A DNA stretch of 61,435 bases, counting the filler, from Nemertoderma westbladi (Eukaryota; Animalia; Xenacoelomorpha): NCBI GenBank assembly GCA_032718475.1. It is 4 parts of 4 records of this genome, joined end to end, with 100 filler letters (N's around TTAATTAATTAA, not from the genome) between each part and the next. Parts side by side here need not be neighbours in the genome. Positions count along the whole stretch, not along the records: positions 1 to 25,730 come from JAUCBJ010003010.1; positions 25,831 to 43,810 come from JAUCBJ010000360.1; 2 more parts are not named here. One strand, written 5' to 3'. This document shows positions 24,669-34,130 of this stretch, one piece after another. A model generated the notes under the pieces. It saw only the letters and a program-made list of their open reading frames with translations. It did no database searches and was not told the DNA's origin. The position numbers and the translations under genes are program-made. Within the stretch, counting starts at the first letter, position 1; each line of letters opens with the position of its first letter.

Positions 24669-25660
24669 ACCCAACACAACCCCCAACCCACGCTGCCTCA
24701 TCCCCACCCGCTTTGACACAAGTGTCTCTGCAAGGTGTTTCATGAACATCTGAGTTTCTGCCCCCAAACACCATCAGTTGAGCACACGAGAGGAGTGAAG
24801 TACATACAGCGTGTCTCGCATGGCTCCTGATAGTGGGCCTACTTGACACGTTCCCTTTGGGTGAGTAAGGTCTCAGCAGAGGCATTTGATCGAACATAGG
24901 AATTAGCGTCGAGATTTATAATCGAAATGTCGAAAGATACCACAACCTGGTTCGCCCAAACACCTCTAGAGACCATATCTGCCCTCATTCCATCGACTGC
25001 TCGCCCATTAGTGTCCAGGTGACATCCAGACAAGGTGACCTCCCACTTAACATTGGATGAGCCAAAGGCCTCCGCAAGGAGGTCTCTAAAGATGTCCCTA
25101 ACCTCATCATGCCGACGAATAACCAGGCCTCTAACCTTACAGCTAATGGCATGTGCTGTGCTAAACGCATCACCGCACCTCTCACAATTAACGGGAAGGT
25201 CAGGCGGTGACAGGCCATAATGCAGAGCGAGGCCATTACGGAATGAGTGTGGGTGTAGATCAGTGTTGTCAATCGGCGATGGTTGGGCTGTGAGCCAGCT
25301 ACCAGTCTTGTACTGTGCTGCCCGATTTACTGTACAACGCTGGTCCGGAGGAAGATCCATGAGTGCCTCGACGAATTGGGCTTTGTATGGTCTTCCTACA
25401 TTCTTTAAGGGCCTCGTTGAGCAAGCATTGTGGTCTGCCACAAGTAACTCCCTGCAGTTCTTGATGAACTCCGCAACCTTTGTTGTGCCTAGTGATGATG
25501 CAAGGTGTGAGGGTCCACAACGAATAAGAGGATCCCTGATCCCCAAGCTGCCATGTCAGACAGGAAGAAGCAGTAGAGGTTCGAGTGTTTGACTGGGAGT
25601 AGATCCAAACAGAGCTGGAGCATATTGGTCAACTAGGCCGGAACGAATCGGTGTAAGTTC
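24669..25660 (-). mobile_element. CRE-clade non-LTR retrotransposon, C-terminal CCHC and restriction-like endonuclease
   Basis: GSWLTAQP, CERCG...HAISC...RRHDEVRD, RAD...FDI; after a stop, HYQEPC...YFTPLVCSTDG. Confidence 0.82.
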
Positions 25661-25730
25661 TCACTCTTTTGGATTGCACACCCAAAGGAAATATTCCGAC
25701 TGTAATATTCTGACTGTAGGCAATGTGTTA

Positions 25731-25830
25731 NNNNNNNNNNNNNNNNNNNNNNNNNNNNNNNNNNNNNNNNNNNNTTAATTAATTAANNNNNNNNNNNNNN
25801 NNNNNNNNNNNNNNNNNNNNNNNNNNNNNN
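25731..25830. other. Artificial contig linker
   Basis: N-run, TTAATTAATTAA (stop in six frames), N-run. Confidence 0.97.
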
Positions 25831-26110
25831 AGAAGCTTTTACACCCTTACGTATTCGAAGGTCCTCACCTGACTTCCGGATCCATGATCCCAGGTAACAG
25901 AAGTTGTCCACATGCTCAAGCATACCATCCTTTGAGCTTATGCTCATCCGATCAGAGACTTGCTGAGGACTTTCAAAGTTAACTGTCAAAATTGTGGTCT
26001 TTCTGGAGGTAATAAAAAGACCAACACTAGAAGCAGAATGTTCTAATGAGCTGAGGAGCCGTTGGGCTCCCTCTAATGATTCTGAGAGTACTCCTAAGTC
26101 ATCAGCAAAG
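25831..26110 (-). mobile_element. RTE LINE RT fragment
   Basis: DFADDLGVLSES...FCYLGSWI; nearly identical to 44640-44910. Confidence 0.88.
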
Positions 26111-26942
26111 TCTATCTGATCAACATTGAGGTTTCCAAGCTAAATTCTCACATGTGAATGAATAATATGTCACACACTTTAGGTATGTTGCTACATAGTC
26201 GGATCCCAAGTGGGGTTTCTCATCGGGCTTTAATGTGGATCAGTTGGAGAAAATCTTCAAAAGTTACTTACGAATGAATTTTTCATTACAGACAGACAAG
26301 CGGACAGAACGACCGACTGGAGATGAAATTTTGCCCTATTTTTACTAATTGCAATTGTGCGCTAAGGCTTGCCCTGACTGCGTGACTCGTCCCAGAGAAC
26401 ACCAAACTCTCCAACCAACTACACTCAACTTTGACTCACTTTCACCCAACTACACTCAACTTCCACCCAACTACACCCAACTTTCACCCAACTACCCCCA
26501 ACAACACCCAACTTTCACCCAACTACACCCAATTCTCCACCCAACTACACCCAACTATCACCCAAGTACAGTACACTCAACATTGTCTCACTTCCACCCA
26601 ACTACACTTACCTTTCACCACTTTCTCGCAGGTCAGGATTTTTGAAAATAAAAAATTATAAAGCAAATTATAAAATTTTCAAAAACCATACAAATCCTAA
26701 TCTACGTCGCTTTTTTGGATGTGAAGATGAGTAGGACATACAGTACAATATATCTAATGTTTAGTTCTGAGGCATAACAGCGAGAACATGCGAGCCACGT
26801 AGTAAAGGCGAGCCTTAACGCACTATGATAATTAGTAAATACTGGAAAATTTATTTCGAGTTATTTTCATATTCGAGTTAGTGAAATATTGAAACGAGGG
26901 ACCGAAGTGAGATAAAAGTACATTATACACTATAATACGTTG

Positions 26943-27070
26943 TTTTATTGTTAAATTTCTTGATTACTTAACGCTCGTCTATGGACGAGCCGCAAATAAT
27001 CCATCTATCTACTGTATTTACGGCTTGTCCAAGGACGAGCGTTAAGTAATTCAGAAATTTAACAATAAAA
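26943..27070. repeat. ~128-bp hairpin / mini-MITE
   Basis: TTTTATTGTTAAATTTCT..TTACTTAACGCTCGTC pairs with GACGAGCGTTAAGTAA..AGAAATTTAACAATAAAA. Confidence 0.8.
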
Positions 27071-27075
27071 TATTA

Positions 27076-27461
27076 TAATTATCCTTTATGTATCATATTA
27101 CAAGAAAGATTGTAACATAGTCTTTATTTTCAACAGTTTTATTCTAAACTTCGTGGCCTTTATATTAATTTGATCTTATCTTTCGTTTATTATTTTGGTT
27201 CCATGATAAATTTATTATTCGCCTATATTATACAGAAAGTACTTTATTTGCTAACCATTAAGATTGGATCAGGGAGCCAAATGGAGTGTAAACTTGAGAC
27301 ATGTAAAATGTAATGAGAAATGTAAAAAGTTCTAAAATTATTTCTGTTGTTTCGTTAAAAATTAATTAATATAGTATAAAGGCCATAAAGTTTAAGATAA
27401 AGAAGCTGAAAATAATGTTACAGTTTTTTTCTTGTATTCTATGATACATAAAGGATAATTA
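27076..27461. mobile_element. MITE with 21-bp perfect TIR extending imperfectly to ~90 bp
   Basis: TAATTATCCTTTATGTATCAT ... ATGATACATAAAGGATAATTA. Confidence 0.75.
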
Positions 27462-28589
27462 CATTATTATAATTGCATTAAACATACTGTATGTATAATA
27501 TAGAACTTATGTCCATTAACTTTGTACGAATTATCTGCATTGCTATTCCCATAACAGAAGTTTCCAATGCGATTTCGTCGTTAAGGCTGTGACGGTGACC
27601 CTCCTGTGTATCAATACCGTTTTCATTTTCACCGCAATCCCTCAGCGCCAGTTTAGTTTGGAGTTTTGATGCGTGGTATGTGTAGACATCTATAGGTATC
27701 TGGATCGTTCGTCAATAGTCTCTGTGTCTCTCCTTTGTATATTTATTGCTAAATTCATCAATTATTCTAGAATCAACCTGCAATAAAAATAAAATGTTAG
27801 TTAGTTATTTTCATAATTGCAGGGCAGTGATGGCAAAATACAGCACGAGTACATGCAACTTTTAAAAGTTCATATCTCAGCAATTCCTCAAAGAAGTTCA
27901 GAGTTTGTTACTGTACATATTGTAATTTGTGGAAGATAGGTGCCATACAGTATAGTTTGGTGTAAGTTGGATGCTGTTGTGTTGAACGTTGAAGTTTGGT
28001 GTATTTGCAGAGTTGGGTGTAGATGGGTGGTATAGTTGGGTGTAGTTGGTGAAAGTTGTGTGTAGCTGTGTAGTTGGGTGAAAGTTGGGTGTAGCTGGGT
28101 GTAGTTGGGTGAAAGTTGGGTGTAGCTGGGTGTAGTTGGGTGTAGTTGGGTGAAAGTTGGGTGTAGTTGGGTGAAAGTTGGGTGTAGCTGGGTGTAGTTG
28201 GGTGTAGTTGGGTGAAAGTTGGGTGTAGTTGGGTGAAAGTTGGGTGTAGCTGGGTGTAGTTGGGTGTAGTTGGGTGAAAGTTGGGTGTAGTTGGGTGATT
28301 AGGCTGACCCGGAGATACGCAATGCGTATCCCATTGCGCCTCATAATAGCCTCTCCGTCAACAAGTCAACCCCATCGACTAGCGGCACTGGCTGTTTCAG
28401 CTGACGGGGCTCTGTCGAAAAACGCGTCCCTGATGCAGCAAGGGCCAGGGCTGGCAAAGGGCCCCTTACTAAGGGCCCTCTTTTGAGGAGCAATATTATT
28501 ATTGTCGCGGAACTGCTTCTACTCTCTGTGAGAAATGAGAAATATTTAATTTCTATAAGGAGTATGCAGATTTTGGAATGAAATTGTAT

Positions 28590-28968
28590 ACCTAAATAAG
28601 AAACCCATGTTAAAAAGTTCTTATTTAAGGACTTTTAGTATTTATGTGTACAATTTCGATGTCTTAAATAAGGTAAATTTAAAAAATCCCTCTTATTTAG
28701 GAACTGGTCGTATTTTTGATGCAATTTTAAAACGCTTGTAGAAAAAAAACCGGACGGTGAAATGTTTTCTGGTTTTTTGCATTATGTTCAAGAAAGAACC
28801 AACTTTTATATTGTGAAATAAAATTATGCGGTATTTTTTACTGAAACAAGTTCTTGCATATTATGTCGAAAAAATATCCAAAAAAGGCCCAAAAACCCCT
28901 AAATAAGAGCCATTTTCCTTAAATAAGAACCCACTTTTGGAGCTTATTTAAGGGTATGTTCCCTACTG
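28590..28968. mobile_element. Partial DNA-transposon/MITE end with repeated TAAATAAG motifs in both orientations
   Basis: Several CTTATTTA / TAAATAAG motifs ending in GGGTATGTTCCCTACTG. Confidence 0.4.
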
Positions 28969-29130
28969 ACGTTCTATAGGTTGATACTTGGAAGGCTGGA
29001 ATCGTCTTGCCCGATCGGGCCATACATAAAATTATCCGTGCGGTGGCTGAGGAATATTATTATACATACATGACATACTGACATATGGCCGGATCTGGCC
29101 AGTATGATGCTACAGTAGATACCCCCCACC

Positions 29131-29231
29131 CAGGGATCAACCGAATTATTCGGTTCGGTACCGAATTTTGCCGAATATGGCATACTCGGTTCCGGCCGAA
29201 TTTGAAAATTTGAATTACCGAATATTCGGCA
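29131..29231 (+). mobile_element. hAT-like transposon end
   Basis: CAGGGAT start followed by clustered CCGAA/TTCGG subterminal motifs. Confidence 0.5.
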
Positions 29232-30134
29232 CAAATTGCAAATTACTACTGCAGCACTGTACTACGGTAGAAGCACCATCCAGCCATCAGAACATACCTG
29301 TAAGAAATTAAATATTATCAGATAATGAATCTGATGTATTATGCTGTTATGGTATTATACTGTTATACTGTTATAGGATATACTGATATAGGCCTAACTA
29401 CCTAAGACAGTTTGCAACTGTGATTTGCCTTATTTTATAATATGTAACATATGATTAGGCCTACTGTCTGACTGTTAGGCGAAGTAACGAGTTCAAATCC
29501 CACTCGCTGACATACTTTTTTGTAATGACATTTTTAGCACTCAATCGGGCAGTCGGGACAAAATTGCAATTGTCAGATTGTACCGGTACCGTCAGACCGT
29601 AGGCTAACCTTAAATTTGAGCATTGGTCAGTTGGCATGGTAGGCCCTATGCCTATAAAACAATATACCGGTACAGACAGATATAGGATTGCATTTTTTTG
29701 CAGCGAAAAAGTAAATTTAAATATTTTTGTTGGAGTAGTTAGTGCAGTTGCAGTAGTCTGACACTGCATACCGGTATATCAGTATGTCAGTTTATCCTAT
29801 AGGCCTACTGTGCTACTGGCCTATACTCTGATAGGCCCTACTGGCTGACTGGTGTAACAGAGAATTTTCACTCCCCCCTCGCGCGCGAGCTGGGGGAAGA
29901 TCTTCTCTGTGCTGGGGGTAAGGGCGCGTAAGAAAAGGGGGAAGAGGGGGAAAGAAAAGGGGTATGGATCTATAAATAGCATCCAATGGGACGCTTCTAT
30001 TTTACTACCGTTCTATACGGTAAACATACAGCTGTCTACCTTATTGAGAAGTGGTAATACTACTTAATAGTTGCTAAACTTACCCCCACCCCCCCACCCA
30101 TTCATATAAAATCAGCTAGAAATTTTAATCTTGT

Positions 30135-30620
30135 TTTTAGCGGCGGGTGCCAAATTTTGGTGCCAGCCCCAAATTTTTAAATTTGTTTTAAATTTGTAAA
30201 TTGATTATTTGAAGCTGTTTTTTCGCAATAGGGGTTTTAGGCGTTTTAGGCGTTCTAGTCTCGTTGTAATATATATGAATTGCACCAGGCATATCATCAA
30301 CGTTGTATTTTTCGGTGCTGTGTGCAAAATTTGGTGCCAGCAAGAAATTTTGAAAATTCATTCAATAGTTCAATAGTGACAACTCATAGTCCTATCTTAC
30401 ATTTTAGAGGTTTATGGGGGCTCTTAATTCAATGGAATAAATATTTATCTATAACAACTATATATCTCAAATTTGTATTTTTCGGAAGTATGGGGTTTCT
30501 TGCGTTATATGGCTGTACGGATTTGTGAGGGTTCTGAATTCAATGGAATATGTCTCAATTGCTAAATTGCATAAGAATTCTGAAACTTGTATTTTTCGGC
30601 GGTGGGTGAAAATTTTCAAC
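30135..30620. mobile_element. Diverged fragment of the piggyBac-like family at 18688/21797
   Basis: Shares GGCGGGTGCCAAATTTTGGTGCCAGC, GGGTTCTGAATTCAATGGAAT and GGTGGGTGAAAATT. Confidence 0.7.
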
Positions 30621-31025
30621 AACATCATTTATTGTTTTGGTTAGAAATTGCCGCCGCTGTAACCTGCTCTTTTCCTTCAATTGGAAGGTAACAACATCGT
30701 TTATTGATTCCCACCTTCCCATCGTCCTTAATCGTCTGGATATAAACTCCGCTGTATCAGCTGGCACAGGCCCGTATGGTGATCATAATATCTGGGGGGG
30801 GGGGCAGAGGCCAAATCTGGGGGGGGGGGGGGGGGGGGCAAACCCATAACTGGGATTTGGGGAGCATACAACAAAGTGAGAGTTAATTTAGTACATAAAG
30901 TATAATCAATATTGTTGAAAGGTGTGTGGGGCGAGCCACAAAGTTGGTGGAGCCATTGGCGAATTGACACTGTTAAGGAGTATGTCAATAATGGCAAATA
31001 GTTGTTGACGTAACTATTTTGACAT

Positions 31026-33162
31026 TCAAATTATGGCGCCGACATCGGCCCACTCCTCGAAGATCTTAAACTTCTCCTCGTCGTCCATCCAGTCGCACTG
31101 GTGTCTGTAGTGCCCCTGGAAGTTGCACTTAGAACACCGGTTGTGAAACCGTGGACACGCCCCCATCCTATGACTCGACTCGCGGCAGTAGAGGCAGCTC
31201 GTCCCCTTTTGGAATCGGTACAAGCAGCTCCTTTCCTGGTGAGTTTGCCTCCCGCAGTAATCGCAGCCGAGTACCAATGCCTCCCGCCCCACGTCGTCTT
31301 TCGTCCCAAGCGATCTCCTCGGTCTATGGAGTCGCTGGTAAGCGAACTTCTGGAGGTTAGCGTCCCTGTCCATGTCTATCTCCTCGCCTCGCCTGGGCAT
31401 CGTCTCTCCAAATACTACCCGTGGTGCCGTTCCCGGTTGCTTGCCCAACCTGATGGTGCTCCCCGCGAAATCCATCGCCGGCTCATCATGCGCCCAGGCC
31501 CGCTTGCTTTGTCAATCCCAGAAGGCCCACGCCCGGCTGGCCGTCACCACCCTCACGCCAACCCAGTCTGTGTCTGAGTGGCCGATTCTTCCAATGGGCG
31601 GCATTTCTCCGAACTTGTCGTCATCCTTGTCCTCCTCTGGGAGTGGCTCCAAACCCAGTATCCCGGTGGATCCACTGTGTCCCTTCCCACCTTGGCTCTC
31701 GCCCATGACTCTCCATCCTTCCAGTTCCCCTGACCTTCTCTCTGCGAAATCGCCCTCGGCGCCCGCTGGTATGGGCGTCGTCTGCAATCCCGATGTCGAC
31801 TGTTTTGGTGATCCTACCGTCCACCCCAATTCTCGCCCTAGAGACTCGCCCGAACTCCCTGATGTCCAGTGTAGATCGTCCAAGGCCGCCTGTTCCTCGA
31901 ACCCGTAGCCCTCTCCTCTAGCTTCCGCCTCCCTTTCTTCTGCCTCACTCCTTTCTCGTCTAGCGATTTCTTCCAATCGCTTCGCCTCTCGCCTCTCGCC
32001 TATCTGCCTCTAGCTGCTCCCACCTCTGATATGGCGTATCCACCTCCCTGTCTACTAGATATCGGCAGTTATAGTATACCGACTCGCCCTTCAGCCCCGG
32101 GTGGTCTACCAGACCCTCGAAAGCCACTTTGAAGGCTCTTCTGTAGTTCAGGGGTGATCCCGATAGCAGAAATGCTGTTGGTTCTCTTTCGATAACCACG
32201 GTCATGAATAGGTTTAGCAAACCTATCATTATCCAGTCCTCCTGCAGGATATATCGCTTCTGATATATCTTTATCGCTCCTCTCCGGAATTGATACACCT
32301 CTAGTTTCCCTGGCCTCGCTCCCCACTTCAGCGAGTTCGCCAAGTCCGCTCCGTACTCCTCCCTGAATTTACCCCAGTCCATTGGCTTATGGCATACGAG
32401 CCCCATTAGCTGGCCCATCGCCACCGCTCCACAATGGCCCGCGTTCTCTACTAGTCCCAACCCGTCTGGCGCCGTCATAGCCATGTAGACCGTTTGCATG
32501 TCAAGGAGGTTGGGAGTCTCCGGACCGATGATACTCTCCGCATCGTCACGGATCGCCGATCCCACCTTTATCGTCGACTTCTCTCTTACTAGGCTCTGCA
32601 CCGCCTTTGGCAACCGGTTTAACTTCGGCCTGTTCTTCTTCCCATACGTTCCCAGATCGAACAGGAATATATCCCCATTTGGCGCGGCCAAATGTAGGAG
32701 TATGGTTCTGGCCGACCCCGCCGACCCTCTTCTCGAACCTTCCTCGTCTTCCACGGTCCCCTCATCGTCTAGGACCATGTATCCTCCCCTGCTGACGGAC
32801 TCTACGAACCTCTTCCAGTCCTTTCTCGGTGGTTCCTTTGGATACTTCGGTATCCCGAACTTCGCCTCGTCTCCCTTTACCACGTAGTGGAAATGCTCTA
32901 AGATCGCATTGTCTAGCGATGGTGTCCCGTAGGTCCCGACCAGCCGCTGTTCGTGCACCTCCCTGAAATGGTCCTGCAGCGCTCGCGCCTTGTGACCCTT
33001 CTCTAACCGCTCGTAGTATCCCCTCGTCTTCTCTTCCGGATGCCTTTCGGTGAAATCCACCAGTATCTCCTTTCCTCCCAACTCCGCCTTTCTCTTTCTA
33101 ACAAGTTTCTCCGCCATTTCGAACTCTCCCGATTGCTCACCTATAAGGTGGTGCCTTACCAA
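31026..33162 (-). pseudogene. Extra ORF (~700 aa when rejoined): DEDDy/DnaQ-type 3'-5' exonuclease, charged linker and three CCHC zinc knuckles
   Basis: ExoI YMVLDDEG; LLHLAAPNGDIFLFDL; LPKAVQSLV; ExoII KVGSAIRDD; LLDMQ; ExoIII-like YQKRYILQED. One frameshift (~31975) and one in-frame TGA (31512) link it to CDYC..H..C, CLYC..H..C and CSKC..H..C. Confidence 0.75.
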
Positions 33163-33537
33163 GGCGCAATATAAGTGAGTGATGTAGTTAGGATGGTCTG
33201 TACGGTCCGATAATGGCCTATCTCTCTCTGAATGCTAGGTTATTGCCTAATTTTTCTACTTTTATTTTCTAAAAGTGCCAAATTTCCTAAATTCCCTAAT
33301 TTTGTCAGTTACTTTAATCATGTTCTGGAATATCCTGCCTACTGTTACCATAATTTGTCTAATTTTTAATTTTTAATTTTAATACTTATTTTAATCCTAC
33401 AACTGTGCTATCAGTATCTACTAATGGATTATTCTATTTTTATTCCATTTTCTGGCCTATTCTATGGGCTGTGCAGTACAGTAGTATGTCTCGTGTGGCC
33501 TACACGATCTTTCCTGCTGTACCCACGTGCCCCCCTC

Positions 33538-33960
33538 TCACTACTCACTACTAACTCTACTAACTTTCTAACTAATTTCTACTAACTCTTACTAACTCTT
33601 ACTACTAACTCCAGTAACTCTTACTAACGGTACTGCGTACCCTCTTACTAACTGACTCCACTAACTCTTACTAATGGTACTACGTACCCTCTTACTACTC
33701 TTACTAGCTAACGGTACTACGTACCCTCTTACTACTCTTACTAACTAACGGTACTACATACCCTCTTACTACTCTTACTAACTAACTAACGGTACTACGT
33801 ACCCTCCTACTACTCTTACTACCTAGCGGTACTACGTACCCTCTTACTACTCTTACTAACTAACGGTACTATGTACCCTCTTACTACTCTTACTAACTAA
33901 CGGTACTACGTACCCTCCTACTACTCTTACTAACTAACGGTACTACGTACCCTCTTGCTA
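33538..33960. repeat. 37-41-bp tandem repeat between pol and the extra ORF
   Basis: Units CTAACGGTACTACGTACCCTCTTACTACTCTTACTA; most contain the hairpin GGTAC-TAC-GTACC. Confidence 0.9.
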
Positions 33961-34130
33961 ACTACTATCTGCTTACTTACTTACTGCGTACTTACTATGT
34001 ACTTATTACTTTCCTTTCTCTTACTCTCTTTTTCTATTATTTTTATTTTTATTATTTTTATATTTTGTGTGGGAAGGGCGTCTCACCCTCAATCCCGCCC
34101 CCCTCAGTCCAACACTTGGACGACTAAACT

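Larger units (their letters stand above)
26410..28297. mobile_element. Probable non-autonomous element bounded by inverted arrays of 10/11-bp repeats
   Basis: (ACCCAACTAC/ACCCAACTTTC)n at 26410-26620 and the reverse-complement array (GTAGTTGGGT/GAAAGTTGGGT)n at ~27950-28297. Confidence 0.6.

Noticed and set aside
25731-25830. TTAATTAATTAA as a biological motif (also at ~43855 and ~55591)
   Set aside because: Identical six-frame-stop linker centred in N-runs; an assembly concatenation artefact.
26349-28344. ORFs 26349-26645, 26431-26661 and 27898-28344
   Set aside because: Translations of short tandem repeats.
29485-29510. tRNA gene (GAGTTCAAATCCC B-box-like)
   Set aside because: No cloverleaf or acceptor stem could be built; at most a SINE remnant.
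33538-33960. CRISPR-like array next to a nuclease gene
   Set aside because: No unique spacers; it is a simple tandem repeat.
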